A DNA stretch of 64,000 nt from an uncultured Pseudomonadales bacterium. GTDB lineage: Bacteria > Pseudomonadota > Gammaproteobacteria > Pseudomonadales > UBA7434. How positions within the stretch are numbered: position 1 is the first letter of the stretch; each line of letters begins with the position of its first letter. The stretch spans positions 3,284-67,283 of the forward strand of contig CAJQKT010000086.1 in NCBI GenBank assembly GCA_905478995.1. Reading direction: 5' to 3'. This document shows positions 20,136 through 30,858 of this stretch, piece after piece. The position numbers and the translations under genes were made by a program. Below the pieces are notes generated by a model. The model ran no database searches. It was not told where the DNA came from and saw only the letters and a program-made list of their open reading frames with translations.

Positions 20136-23100
20136 TTGATGAGATTTTTATTATTGGCGCAAGAAAAAGCGCATGGGTATTGCCGTTTGGTGATGCTTAC
20201 AGTGGCTTTGGTTTATGTCTCAATGGGAGGGCATTTGGCTGGCGCTCAGGCGCTTAATCTGAGTGACTTGCCGCTAAGTGTTCAAAGTGAAATACCCGCC
20301 AACATTATTGTATCGTTAGATGACTCGGGAAGTATGGCGTGGGGGTGGATGCCAGATGGTCTCAGTAATAATTGGCGAAGAAATTTCTATCGCTCTAGCC
20401 ATTACAATAAAATATATTATTCGCCTAGCGTAACCTATACGCCGCCCAGTTTTGCTACGGGAGCGAGCGCAAGCAATGCTAATTTTGACGCTGCTATTCG
20501 CGGTTATTATTACGCTGAGGATCGCCGTGATGTGGTTAATTTGCGTACGAGCTTTAGCGCCATATATTTTCACTATAGTTATCAAGATGCACTGCTTTTA
20601 GACGATTATTTTAATAATGGCTGCCCCACTTGTGCAAAACAGCCAGCCTATTATTTTGAATTTAGTGAAGATAATCCAGGCTGTGATGGCAGTGCAGCAG
20701 ATAAGCGTATTGATCAAGATTGTTACGATAAAATAGTCATAACTGATGGTGCCAATTATGCAGGCGGCACCAATAACTATGGGCGTACTCAGGCTGAAGA
20801 GGAAGCCAATTTTGCCAATTGGTATCAGTTTTATGCTATTCGTGCTGATGCGAGTAAGTCTGCTATTCAGCGTGCCTTTGTCCCTGATGCGGTGTCCGAT
20901 TCTGTACGAGTAGGGCGGCAGGCATTAAATACCGATCGGTCGATAAGGTCTGGCGGGCCGAGTCAAGATAATCAGAATATTGCTGAGTTCGATCGCGATG
21001 AGCGAGCGGGTTTTTATGAATGGGTTCAATCAGTGCCCACTTATGGCGGTACGCCCCTGCGCAATGCAATTAAACGTGCGGGTGATTATTTTACTCAAGA
21101 TGCTGCTTACCGCACCAATGCATCCTCTAATAGCGGCCCAATTGTCGCTTGCCGAATAAATACGCATATTTTGGTCACCGATGGTTTTTACAACGGTGAT
21201 TGGGCAGCCCCCAATAACTTTAAGCTCGATCAAACCAACAGAATACTGCCCGATGGCGAAAACTATGTTACAGCGACGGCGCCTATTTATTCGAACCCTC
21301 TAGATAGTCGATCACTTTCGGATTTAACCTTTCATTACTGGGCCACCGATCTACGCCCAGAGCCGAATAATATTACGCCATTTAAAAGTGAAGTGGATGG
21401 GGCTGACCCCGACGATTACTGGCATCCACGCAATGATCCTGCAACCTGGCAGCACATGAATTCGTTTGGTATTGCTTTTGGTGCGGAGGGCACAGTCAGT
21501 ACGGATGACGCGACCTTTGCAGCGCTACTCGCCGGTACGAAAAACTGGCCGCAAACGCTTGAAGGGCAGTCGACCACGATTGATGACATGTACCACGCTG
21601 CGATCAACGGTCGCGGTGAATTCTTTAATGCAGCCAATCCGAATGAGTTGGTTGATGCGTTGAATAACATCACCGACCGGATTGCTGAGCGCTCAGGTAA
21701 TGTGCCGACCATTGGTGCAAGTAGTGGCCGTATTACCGATGGCACGAAGGTTTACATTGCATCGTTTGCAACTGAAAGCTGGAGTGGTGATCTGCGCGCC
21801 TATACGGTTTCTGATGGTTCAGATTTTAGGGGTAGCGGTACTACTGCTGTTGGCTGTAATGCTAAGCCGCTGGGGGCCATATGTAATGAAGATAGTCCCG
21901 ATTGGAGCGCTGCGGCTAAAAATGACGAGCTTGATGATCATATGAAACCAGCAAGGCGCAACCTATTTACCTACGATAATACGTCGGTGCAGGGTGCAGG
22001 CGCGCCTTCAGGATCAGGAATTGATTTTAAATGGCAAGCCACAACTCAGCTCAATGCCGAACAGCAAGCCTTGCTTAATGACGATGATGGTCGGGGTCAA
22101 GAGCGTGTTTATTATTTTCGCGGCAAAGATGAGCAAGAGCTCGATAATGGTGGTGTATTTAGAACTCGCAGTAGTATAGCTGGGCGCGCAGCGCCGGCCT
22201 CTCGTGTGGGCGCCATTGTGCATTCAAACCCTGTGTATGCAGGTCCGGGGGGGGATGATTTACAGTTTTCTTTTCCCGATGATCTTGAGGCCAGTGCCTA
22301 CAGTATTAATAGCCGCTCAGCGGTTGTCTATGTAGGGGGTAATGACGGCATGTTGCATGGTTATGACGCGAGTGACTCGGCCTCAGCGGGGCAAGAAGTT
22401 TTCGCCTATGTGCCCAATGCGGTTATAAAAAACTTACCGGATTTGACGAACCCTGATTTTAAATCGGGAGCATTTGTCGATGGCCCATTAACGATTCAAG
22501 ATGCTTTTTACGATGGTCGGTGGCGCTCTTTATTGGTTGGGGGTTTACGTTCAGGTGGACAGGGATTTTTTGCATTGAATGTCACCGATCCACCCAGTGA
22601 GCGTGACGCCGATCCAGCCCCAATTGTGCAGTGGGAATTCACAGACCACGACGACCCCGATATGGGCTACACCTACGGAACTCCTATTATTGCTAAAGCC
22701 AATAATGGTGAGTGGGTAGTGATTGTTGCCAATGGTTATAACTCTCTCGAAGCCGACGGTAATGTGGGCAGTGGAAAAGCCGTGCTTTACGTTCTGGCGG
22801 CTGACGACGGTGAGCTATTGGCAAAATTTGAGGTGGGTAACGGCAGTACCAGTACTCCAAGTGGCCTTTCATCGCCTGTGGCGGTATCTGATTTTGATAT
22901 TAATAATTTTGCCACAAAGCCTAGCGGCACCGACCCAGATAATTTTACCGTCGACTATGTTTATGCCGGTGATCTCGATGGTAACCTTTGGAAGTTTGAC
23001 ATTAGTGCCACCAATCCAGCGCAATGGAACGATGCGGTTCTTATGTATAGTGCCGGCAATAGTAAGCCCATTACGGCCAAACCGGCTGTAGGAACATTTC

Positions 23101-23729
23101 CCACCAGAGGTGTCGCGGTAGGCAATGAGCAAACGCGTTTCGTCTATTTTGGTACCGGTCAATATATCGATCCGGTGGATGTATCGAGTACTGCGGCTCA
23201 GTCATTCTATGGCATTATCGATAGTGATAGCTGCACATCGTCGACTAGCCCCTGCATTACTGGTAGCGATTTAGTGGAGCAAACGATTACAGCGAATAGT
23301 CTTGTGAGTAGTAATCCGCTGTCAACCAGTGATAAGGGTTGGTGGCTTGATTTAGAGGTTGGTGCGAGCGCAGAACGAGTGGTCGGTGGTATCGCGGTGG
23401 TATCAAATGTCGTCGCGTTCACGTCGGTGGTACCTAACGGCGACCCTTGCGAAGCGGGTGGTACTTCTTATCTTTATGCACTGAATCGATTTTCCGGCGG
23501 TGCCACCTCGTTGCAAGTTATCGACTTTAACAGTGATGGAGAGATTACGAGTAGCGATTATGGTCAAGGTGACACGGTGAAATCGCGTAAAGAGTTAGGG
23601 GCCATTGTTTTGGATACTAAATTATTGGGTGGCCCTAGCGATGAGTTTGTTCTGTTTGGTGAAACAGGTGCTGAAATACTGCTGTCGAACGACCGTAAGG
23701 GCCGTGTGCGCTGGCGACAGATCAAGTAG
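20136..23729 (+). CDS. pilY1: Type IV pilus tip adhesin PilY1
   Basis: vWA motifs DDSGSM, GGTPL and LVTDG; propeller motifs GGNDGMLHG, YAGDLDGNLWKFD and YFGTG; DFNSDG Ca loop; WRQI end. Confidence 0.95.
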   Translation: MMRFLLLAQEKAHGYCRLVMLTVALVYVSMGGHLAGAQALNLSDLPLSVQSEIPANIIVSLDDSGSMAWGWMPDGLSNNWRRNFYRSSHYNKIYYSPSVTYTPPSFATGASASNANFDAAIRGYYYAEDRRDVVNLRTSFSAIYFHYSYQDALLLDDYFNNGCPTCAKQPAYYFEFSEDNPGCDGSAADKRIDQDCYDKIVITDGANYAGGTNNYGRTQAEEEANFANWYQFYAIRADASKSAIQRAFVPDAVSDSVRVGRQALNTDRSIRSGGPSQDNQNIAEFDRDERAGFYEWVQSVPTYGGTPLRNAIKRAGDYFTQDAAYRTNASSNSGPIVACRINTHILVTDGFYNGDWAAPNNFKLDQTNRILPDGENYVTATAPIYSNPLDSRSLSDLTFHYWATDLRPEPNNITPFKSEVDGADPDDYWHPRNDPATWQHMNSFGIAFGAEGTVSTDDATFAALLAGTKNWPQTLEGQSTTIDDMYHAAINGRGEFFNAANPNELVDALNNITDRIAERSGNVPTIGASSGRITDGTKVYIASFATESWSGDLRAYTVSDGSDFRGSGTTAVGCNAKPLGAICNEDSPDWSAAAKNDELDDHMKPARRNLFTYDNTSVQGAGAPSGSGIDFKWQATTQLNAEQQALLNDDDGRGQERVYYFRGKDEQELDNGGVFRTRSSIAGRAAPASRVGAIVHSNPVYAGPGGDDLQFSFPDDLEASAYSINSRSAVVYVGGNDGMLHGYDASDSASAGQEVFAYVPNAVIKNLPDLTNPDFKSGAFVDGPLTIQDAFYDGRWRSLLVGGLRSGGQGFFALNVTDPPSERDADPAPIVQWEFTDHDDPDMGYTYGTPIIAKANNGEWVVIVANGYNSLEADGNVGSGKAVLYVLAADDGELLAKFEVGNGSTSTPSGLSSPVAVSDFDINNFATKPSGTDPDNFTVDYVYAGDLDGNLWKFDISATNPAQWNDAVLMYSAGNSKPITAKPAVGTFPTRGVAVGNEQTRFVYFGTGQYIDPVDVSSTAAQSFYGIIDSDSCTSSTSPCITGSDLVEQTITANSLVSSNPLSTSDKGWWLDLEVGASAERVVGGIAVVSNVVAFTSVVPNGDPCEAGGTSYLYALNRFSGGATSLQVIDFNSDGEITSSDYGQGDTVKSRKELGAIVLDTKLLGGPSDEFVLFGETGAEILLSNDRKGRVRWRQIK

Positions 23730-23775
23730 CATGATAAATGCTGGTGAGTTGAAAAGTTTATTGGAGAATTTCGAA

Positions 23776-24102
23776 ATGCAAAATAATCGTTACTTGGCCA
23801 GATGGATTCATGCAGCCCTATTTGTATTGTGTGTAACATCTTATGCCAACTTCGCCAATGCGCAATCAGTCGACGAGATTCCAGCAACCATTATCGCTCT
23901 CAACATTGCCGATAATAATGTAACGCTAGGCGGCTTGGGCTTGGTTGAAACTACCTATCGTATGGCTTTTGATATTGTCATTAAGCTACAAGATGGGTCG
24001 TCTGGAACCGCCAATAATTTGCGCAAAGGTGATGGCGTCAGTGCGCTAGTTGCTGCTGATGGGGAGGTTGTCCATGCGCTTTATGTTGTCAGTAGAAGTT
24101 GA
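23776..24102 (+). CDS. Small secreted protein in the PilY2 position
   Basis: GGAG RBS, signal peptide ending ANA|Q, beta-rich body with LRKGDGV; between pilY1 and pilE. Confidence 0.65.
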   Translation: MQNNRYLARWIHAALFVLCVTSYANFANAQSVDEIPATIIALNIADNNVTLGGLGLVETTYRMAFDIVIKLQDGSSGTANNLRKGDGVSALVAADGEVVHALYVVSRS

Positions 24103-24150
24103 TTTCAGTTATATGATGCGTACCATGATTTTTTTGCAGCCGTAGCTTGA

Positions 24151-24591
24151 GTGAGAAGGAGAGATTTGATGTGTTCTATGCGTATGCGAGGCAATAACGT
24201 GCACGGCTTTACCGTGATCGAGTTAATGATAGTTGTTGCCATCATTAGTATTTTATCAGCTATTATTTATCCGGCTTATCAAGGCCAGGTTCGCGATACC
24301 CGCAGAGCTGATGCAGCTTCGGTGCTGATGGATGCGCGTCAGAAAATGGAGCGGCATTATACCAAGCACTATTCTTATGCAAATCCACCGGCCGGTAGCA
24401 TTCCTGTAAAGGCACCCGTTGGCGGCAGTCAAAGTTATTACACATTAGCCGTTACATCCGACGCGACAACTTACACTATCACAGCCACTGCGCAGGGTGA
24501 TCAAGCCAGTGATGGGTGTGGAGATTTATCAATTAATCAAGCCGGCGTAAGAACAGCAGGTGAGGGATCAATTGATGATTGCTGGCGCTAG
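24151..24591 (+). CDS. pilE: Type IV minor pilin PilE
   Basis: HG|FTVIELMIVVAII, YPAY, RRADA, QKMERHY, C-terminal C...CW. Confidence 0.92.
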   Translation: MRRRDLMCSMRMRGNNVHGFTVIELMIVVAIISILSAIIYPAYQGQVRDTRRADAASVLMDARQKMERHYTKHYSYANPPAGSIPVKAPVGGSQSYYTLAVTSDATTYTITATAQGDQASDGCGDLSINQAGVRTAGEGSIDDCWR

Positions 24592-24661
24592 TCGTCACGC
24601 ATTGTTTGATCAAGACTACGGCTTAAGCGACTCGTGGATACTGCTGCTGATAATGGCATGG

Positions 24662-25309
24662 TTATCTGCAGTCGGGCTTTCTTCCGTCAATATCTTCAAC
24701 AATTCCATCGCTATCGCGATCATAATATTCTCTTAGCCGTCCTTGGCGATTAATTACGATGGTGCGTGCTAGGCGAAGATCTTTGGATTTTTCGCAGAGT
24801 GTGAATCGTCCAAAAGCTCTTGCCATACCAGTAGGTGAGTAGCGTAAATAGTTTTTCCTTCCTGAAGCTCGCCAGCTGATATTGAAGTTGGCGGCCTTGA
24901 AATCAATTTTTTCAAGTAGCTCATCGTCCTCATCAATAATGCCATTGTTGTTGTCATCGGTAAAAATAATGGCCCCGTTTCCCCATTGCTCACCGCACTC
25001 AAACTCCCCGTCGGGGCAGAATGAAACAATTTTTTTTGAAAAAATAGCAGCGCTACGTGTGCGGTAAATCGCTTTGCGAAGCAATTGTTGAGCGCTATCA
25101 GCTTGCGCTTGTTGGACGAGATGGTTCAGTGCGGGTAGGGAAAAAGTAGCAAGCGTTGCTATTACTGCAAGGGTCGTGAGTAATTCAATCAGTGTGGTTC
25201 CCGTAGGGTAATCACGGCTTAATAACCAAGGCTCGGTAGGTCGGTAGCGTGCTATTGATTGCGATTGCAATTGCGATTTTTTGTGGTCTAGCCAGTCTTG
25301 TTTTTTCAT
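24662..25309 (-). CDS. fimT: Orphan FimT minor pilin with GRxR motif
   Basis: G|TTLIELL prepilin motif, CGEQW, FTDDNNNG, C-terminal INRQGRLR. Confidence 0.8.
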   Translation of the reverse strand: MKKQDWLDHKKSQLQSQSIARYRPTEPWLLSRDYPTGTTLIELLTTLAVIATLATFSLPALNHLVQQAQADSAQQLLRKAIYRTRSAAIFSKKIVSFCPDGEFECGEQWGNGAIIFTDDNNNGIIDEDDELLEKIDFKAANFNISWRASGRKNYLRYSPTGMARAFGRFTLCEKSKDLRLARTIVINRQGRLREYYDRDSDGIVEDIDGRKPDCR

Positions 25310-25313
25310 TCCG

Positions 25314-25366
25314 GCACCTCCTTGTGCGGTATTGATGAGTTTGTTCTAAAAGCCTTGCCATCCTGG
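25314..25366 (-). promoter_or_regulatory. Two CsrA/RsmA-like GGA hairpins in the fimT leader
   Basis: Minus strand CCA-GGA-TGG (25358-25366) and GCAC-AAGGAG-GTGC over the RBS (25314-25327). Confidence 0.6.
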
Positions 25367-25503
25367 AGACTCTAATATAGTTTTTATTATGTCATTACTA
25401 TTTAGCAATGATTTTCATGCTGAGATAATCTTACAGTCGTCAGATGTTTGTCAAGCCCATTTTATTCTTTGATGACGAACGATCTTTAAAAAATTAGCGA
25501 TTT

Positions 25504-26940
25504 CTATTCATCGATATCGAGTTTTTTTAATCGGTAGCGTAGAGAGCGGAAACTAATGCCCAGATTTTTTGCAGTCTCAGTTTTATTCCATCGGCAATAA
25601 TCTAATGCCGCTAAAATTTCTTGTCGTTCAATGTCATTTAAATAGTCGTCTAGCGATCCATCTCGCGGTGGATTTTTTATAGATGAATCTGAAGGCGTGT
25701 CGGCATTGATTATCGATTCATTGGGCTGATGCTTCGTCGCTTGGCGGTCTATGCTATCGGGTGCGATGCTATTATCTTGAGGAGATGGCTGCCCCAATTG
25801 GAAGATTAAATGTTGGCTTTCGATGTACTCATGATCACAGAGTGCAATAGTGCGTTCTAGCGTGTTTTCAAGCTCTCTTATGTTACCCGGAAATAAATAA
25901 CCTTGTAGCTTCAGGATCGCATCATCAGATAATTCAAAGACGCCGCGCTGCATAGTGGCGGATATTTTCTTTAAAATATGAGCGGCTATCGTCGCGATGT
26001 CTTCTTTTCGTTCCCTGAGTGGCGGAACAAATAATTCGATTACATTAATGCGATAAAATAAATCGTTACGAAAAAGACCTTGCTTAACCAGTTCGATAAG
26101 ATTTTTGTGGGTTGCGCTTAAAATTCTTACGTCGATACTAATTTCTTCGTTACTGCCTACAGGCCGTATGGATTTTTCTTGGATAGCCCGTAAAAGTTTG
26201 ACCTGCATCGCAAGTGGTAGGTCGGCCACTTCGTCCAGCAATAGCGTGCCACCATGGGCTGATGCAAACAATCCCATCTTGTCTTTGTCAGCACCTGTAA
26301 AGCTGCCTTTTTTGTGGCCAAAAAATTCACTTTCCACCAGTTCGCTCGGTATTGCGCCACAGTTTACCGCAATAAAAGGAGCCTTTTTTCGGCTGCTTAA
26401 ATCGTGAATGGTGCGCGCACAGACTTCCTTTCCTGAGCCAGACTCGCCCTGTATGAAGACGGGCGCCTGGCTTCTAGCGACCTTAATAATGGTATCGCGA
26501 AGCTGGTTTATAGCGGTTGAATTGCCAGCTAAACGTTGTTGGATGAGTTGAAGGTCTTCGTCACTGGCCGAGGCAGGTAGTGTAATCGCCGATTGAATGA
26601 GCGCTTTCAATTCATCTAATTGAATCGGTTTATTTAAAAAATCAAAGGCCCCGCGTTTGAGTGCTTCAATGGCAGTATCCATGTTGCCATGTGCGCTGAT
26701 CATGGCTACAGGCGTGCCAGGGCAGGCTTTGCTGATAAAGCTAATGAGCTCCAGGCCATCGCCATCGGGTAGGCGCATGTCAGTGAGGCATAGCGCGTAG
26801 CGCTGTTGTGTGAGTTTTTCTTTGGCCTCCAGCAGCGTATGGGCAGTTTGACTTTTATGGCCAAGTCGATCCAGCGTGAGCGCAATGAGTTCGCAAATAT
26901 CAGGTTCATCATCGACAACTAAAACTGGCAAAATAGTCAT
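25504..26940 (-). CDS. pilR: Sigma-54 response regulator PilR
   Basis: Receiver DMRLPDG; GESGSGKE, GSFTGA, FPGNIRELEN; HTH FRSLRYRL. Confidence 0.93.
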   Translation of the reverse strand: MTILPVLVVDDEPDICELIALTLDRLGHKSQTAHTLLEAKEKLTQQRYALCLTDMRLPDGDGLELISFISKACPGTPVAMISAHGNMDTAIEALKRGAFDFLNKPIQLDELKALIQSAITLPASASDEDLQLIQQRLAGNSTAINQLRDTIIKVARSQAPVFIQGESGSGKEVCARTIHDLSSRKKAPFIAVNCGAIPSELVESEFFGHKKGSFTGADKDKMGLFASAHGGTLLLDEVADLPLAMQVKLLRAIQEKSIRPVGSNEEISIDVRILSATHKNLIELVKQGLFRNDLFYRINVIELFVPPLRERKEDIATIAAHILKKISATMQRGVFELSDDAILKLQGYLFPGNIRELENTLERTIALCDHEYIESQHLIFQLGQPSPQDNSIAPDSIDRQATKHQPNESIINADTPSDSSIKNPPRDGSLDDYLNDIERQEILAALDYCRWNKTETAKNLGISFRSLRYRLKKLDIDE

Positions 26941-26952
26941 TGGGCTACCCTA

Positions 26953-28650
26953 TTACTTCGTTAAGTCGACAAGCTCAAGAGCTTGTCGGTCTGGATGAGA
27001 AAACTGAACGCGAAAATAATGCGCAGAAAATTCGTTACTACTGTGCTTGTTTGGCTGATGTGACTCAAGGTAGCTAATCGTAGCTTGGTTGGCTTCGCAC
27101 AATTCTCTACACATATACAGCCCTAGACCGCTGCCAAGTTTTCCGGTGGTAAAGAAAGGCTCAAAAAGTCTATCACGGTCTTCAAGTTTAACGCCGTGGC
27201 CTTGATCAAGTATATCGATTCGTGGGCAGTCATCTTCATCAAATGAAACCTTTAGGTAAGCTTTTTGTTCTCCGCTCGCATCGACGCTGTGTTTGATTGC
27301 ATTATCAAGTAGATTGCTGAGGATCTGTTCTAGATGTGACGGATCGAATCGAATGGCGGCGCTGTCAGGGCTGTGGTATTGGATTTCTGTTTTTTTATCT
27401 AGGTTATAACTTTTCACAAATGCAGGTAGCCATTGAGCTAAATCAAATAACTGATCACGGGCCGCTTTGCCGCGCGAAACATCCATCACAGTGTCAATAA
27501 TGTTCGAGCATCTTTTAGTTTGCTCTACGATGATTTGAGTCAGGCGAGAATCCTCTTCATTATCTATGCACTCTTGTAATAATTGAGCTGCATGGCTGGC
27601 AGCTCCTAGCGGGTTGCGTATTTCATGTGCGATGCTCGCTGTTATTTTTCCCAGTGATGACAGTTTCATTTGCTGGGCTTGCTGGGCGATTTTGGACAGA
27701 TCTTCAACGAAAATAAGTGAGTCTGCCGGCATGTTTTTTTCTAAATTAACCCACGTTAGCTTGTAGTTATTGCCTTCAACGCTGTGAAATTTGGCAAATT
27801 TTTCACTCGATGTTTTTTCGATGGATTCGCTAGATGTAAAATGTTCTTGAACTTGATTATGGAATCGAGCGATGCTTGGGTGAATTTCATCGAGATTAAA
27901 ATCTTTGTTGTGGATGTTTCGCCCAAAAAGTTTTTCGGCCGATTGGTTGTAAGAAATTACGTGACCGTTAGGCTCGGCTAATAAGATGCCAGTTTGCATT
28001 CGCGCGATGATCAGTTGATTTAAGTGCTGAAGTTTTTCTGCATTAAGCGCTGCTTGGCGCGCTTGATCTTCACTTTTTTGCATGCGCCCAGCTAAATAGC
28101 TGATGGCAAGACTGGTGGCAAAAAAACTAAATCCCAGCCAGCCGCTGGCCGCGACTTCAGCTTTGCTGGCTGTCTCGTGTAATACTCTGAAAAAAACTCC
28201 GCCGAGCAAGCTAAGTGTTGCAAAAGCCGGCACTAACCATAGGGTCTTGCCGCGCATAAAGATGGAGCCAGCTGCCACTGAAATAACCATCAAGGTGCCC
28301 AGCCCCAATTCTACTAGGCCGCTGGCCTGAGCAATAAGCTGAATTAGAAGTATGTCACTAGCGACGAGAAAGAGTAACGCGTTAAAGCTAGGAGGCCAGC
28401 CTCGCAGTAACAGAGCAAGGGTTAGTGTATTAATGGCAAGGTAGATCAAAGCTGAGCTAATAAAGAGGGTCGGGAGATTGTTGCCAATGCCCGTATCGGT
28501 GAAGAATAGCGACCAAAGAAGAGCAGTGATACCAAGCCGATAGCAAAAGTAAATGATTAAAATGGGGCGGTCGATGTCTGCCGCATGCCCGGGGTTGCGC
28601 GAAGGGCCTGCGGCAACACCCCATGGTTTTTTCGTAGAGTGGGGGGTCAA
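26953..28650 (-). CDS. pilS: Sensor histidine kinase PilS
   Basis: About 6 TM segments; AHEIRNPL H-box, NLLDNA, EPFFTT, GLGL, LCEANQA; paired with pilR. Confidence 0.9.
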   Translation of the reverse strand: MTPHSTKKPWGVAAGPSRNPGHAADIDRPILIIYFCYRLGITALLWSLFFTDTGIGNNLPTLFISSALIYLAINTLTLALLLRGWPPSFNALLFLVASDILLIQLIAQASGLVELGLGTLMVISVAAGSIFMRGKTLWLVPAFATLSLLGGVFFRVLHETASKAEVAASGWLGFSFFATSLAISYLAGRMQKSEDQARQAALNAEKLQHLNQLIIARMQTGILLAEPNGHVISYNQSAEKLFGRNIHNKDFNLDEIHPSIARFHNQVQEHFTSSESIEKTSSEKFAKFHSVEGNNYKLTWVNLEKNMPADSLIFVEDLSKIAQQAQQMKLSSLGKITASIAHEIRNPLGAASHAAQLLQECIDNEEDSRLTQIIVEQTKRCSNIIDTVMDVSRGKAARDQLFDLAQWLPAFVKSYNLDKKTEIQYHSPDSAAIRFDPSHLEQILSNLLDNAIKHSVDASGEQKAYLKVSFDEDDCPRIDILDQGHGVKLEDRDRLFEPFFTTGKLGSGLGLYMCRELCEANQATISYLESHQPNKHSSNEFSAHYFRVQFSHPDRQALELVDLTK

Positions 28651-28858
28651 CAGGCTTGCTCGGTGATGGGTTGGGCGATAGATATCATTGCATTCCCGGA
28701 CTTTTATACAGGGTTGATAAGCGGCCCGTTAAGGTCCGCGCGAACTGACACTGTTACCTCGTTAATTTTAGCTTACTCGAACCACTTGTGACGATAGGTT
28801 AAAGCATAGGTGAGGCTGGCTGTTGGGTGCTCAAATACTAAACACACAGGCTACTTAT

Positions 28859-29704
28859 TTAAGCATCATAGACGCTGGGTATAGCCTGACGTTTGTGCTG
28901 GGTACGCACATAAATATCGAGTAGCCTTTGTTCGACACCGGTATCAATCGGAAGGCCTTCGAGAAAGTCGTCGATGGCATCGTAGCTAATGCCTAGCGCG
29001 CTTTCATCAGTCTTTTGCGGTGCAAGGTCTTCTAAATCCGCGGTAGGTTTTTTGGTGATGATGATAGCGGGGGCGCCGAGATGCTTGCCCAAAGAGCGGA
29101 CCTGGCGTTTGTTGAGTCCAAAAAGAGGGATCAAATCGCAGGCACCGTCGCCCCACTTGGTATAAAAGCCGGTGATGTTTTCAGCTGAGTGATCGGTGCC
29201 GATGACGAGTGCACCAAGCATCCCTGCAATTTCGTATTGCGTGACCATGCGCGCTCTGGCTTTTACATTGCCCTTGGCGAAGTCTAGATGCGCCGCGTTT
29301 TCAGGCAATAGTCCGGCCTGTTCTATGGCATTGCAGGTTTCTTGATGGATGGCATCAGCTCCGAGTTTTATATCGACGGTTAAGCGTTGTGATGGCTCGA
29401 TAAAGTCTAACGCAAGCTGTGCGTCGTGCTCATCTTGCTGTTTGCCATAAGGTAGCCGCACAGCAATAAATTCGTAGCAAGCCGCTGCGTTGTTATCTCG
29501 TTGCCTATTGAGCTCGTCAATCGCAAGCTGTGCCAATTTTCCGCAGACGCAAGAGTCAATGCCACCGCTAATGCCCAACACTAAGCGTTGGGCGTTGGTT
29601 TTATTGAGCATGGCTTTAATAAAGTCAATGCGCCGCCTTACCTCGTGTGCAACATCAATGGTAGGAAGGACTTTCATTTCATCGATAACGTGTTGTCGGT
29701 TCAT
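28859..29704 (-). CDS. nadE: Ammonia-dependent NAD+ synthetase
   Basis: [34 protein letters not shown]; no glutaminase domain. Confidence 0.96.
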   Translation of the reverse strand: MNRQHVIDEMKVLPTIDVAHEVRRRIDFIKAMLNKTNAQRLVLGISGGIDSCVCGKLAQLAIDELNRQRDNNAAACYEFIAVRLPYGKQQDEHDAQLALDFIEPSQRLTVDIKLGADAIHQETCNAIEQAGLLPENAAHLDFAKGNVKARARMVTQYEIAGMLGALVIGTDHSAENITGFYTKWGDGACDLIPLFGLNKRQVRSLGKHLGAPAIIITKKPTADLEDLAPQKTDESALGISYDAIDDFLEGLPIDTGVEQRLLDIYVRTQHKRQAIPSVYDA

Positions 29705-29871
29705 GCGTGCTGTAGCCTATTCATGCAGTGATTTAAAAGTTCGTTACTCAGGCGAGGCTAGTGCTCGCTGCCTGGCTTTCGATTATACGCAAATGTACCT
29801 CGCTCGGATGCGCTGCATCTGCTGAAAGCGCGCGTTTTTTCAAGATGGGGCCGGAATTAAGTTGTTGTACA

Positions 29872-30771
29872 TTAACTTACCGCATCGTTCAGTAGAATAA
29901 AGCTGGCCATTCTGCCGGTAACCCCGTCGCGCCGATACGAAAAAAACCGCTGTTGGTCGGTAGTCGTGCAAAATCCGCCGCCATAAATATGCTTCAGGCC
30001 ATTTCGGTAAAGCGCTAGCGTGGCTAGTTGATAAATGTCAGCCAAATATTTGCCTGTGTTCGCAGCGGTTGAGCTAACTGCTTCAGGTGAGTCATCGGGC
30101 GCGGTAGCAAAAGCGGTATCTAATGCGTTTGGTGCAAGGTCAAATGTTGTTCCGGTTTTACTGAAGTAGGCGGCCGCGCGCTGGCGAACATCATCGCCCA
30201 CTATGAACTTTCTGGGCCCAATGGCAGGCCCTAGCCAAGCAAACAATTCATTGGGCCGGCGCGAACTTTGTTGCTGGGTGGCTGCGCACAGTGCAGTAAT
30301 CGTATTGTCGACAACGCCATCTACGAGTCCGCGCCAACCGGCGTGTATGATGCCTACGCGCGTACCCTGACGGTCACACAATAAAATAGGCAGGCAATCA
30401 GCGGTGAGTACGACACAAACGTTATGTGGCTCATTGCTGATGGCGGCATCAGCCTCGGTGGGTGAGCCTGCATCGGTTGCCGGTAGTGTTGCGCAGGTAG
30501 CAACATGAGTGCTGTGCGTCTGATTAAGCCAATGCCAGCGCTGTGAAGGTTTCTCTGGGTTGGTGTTGTCGTTACTGCATAAGTCACTTCGGCAGTAGGC
30601 TTCGAGTTGTGCTCGATTACTGGCCACACAAAGTGGATCGTCGCCTACATGCTGGCCCAAATTAAGCCCGGCATAAGGCGCCTGGCTGATACCGCCAACG
30701 CGAGTTGTAATGCCCGCAACAACATTAGCAGGAGCTGGCCAAACTGGACAGAGTAGTTCAATGGGTTGCAT
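29872..30771 (-). CDS. pgeF: PgeF/YfiH family protein
   Basis: LNLGQHVGD, LNQTHS, LTADCLP, HAGWRG, WLGPAIG, FFSYRR. Confidence 0.93.
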   Translation of the reverse strand: MQPIELLCPVWPAPANVVAGITTRVGGISQAPYAGLNLGQHVGDDPLCVASNRAQLEAYCRSDLCSNDNTNPEKPSQRWHWLNQTHSTHVATCATLPATDAGSPTEADAAISNEPHNVCVVLTADCLPILLCDRQGTRVGIIHAGWRGLVDGVVDNTITALCAATQQQSSRRPNELFAWLGPAIGPRKFIVGDDVRQRAAAYFSKTGTTFDLAPNALDTAFATAPDDSPEAVSSTAANTGKYLADIYQLATLALYRNGLKHIYGGGFCTTTDQQRFFSYRRDGVTGRMASFILLNDAVS

Positions 30772-30858
30772 AGACAATTTATCGATGGGCAAAGGTGACA
30801 GTGCAAAGTAAAAATTCTCGCAGCTGAAAAACAAGCTGTGCTTAATATTAAGTAATAC

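Noticed and set aside
28696-28711. LexA-like CCGGACTTTTATACAG upstream of pilS
   Set aside because: One CTG half-site is broken; more likely a -10-like element
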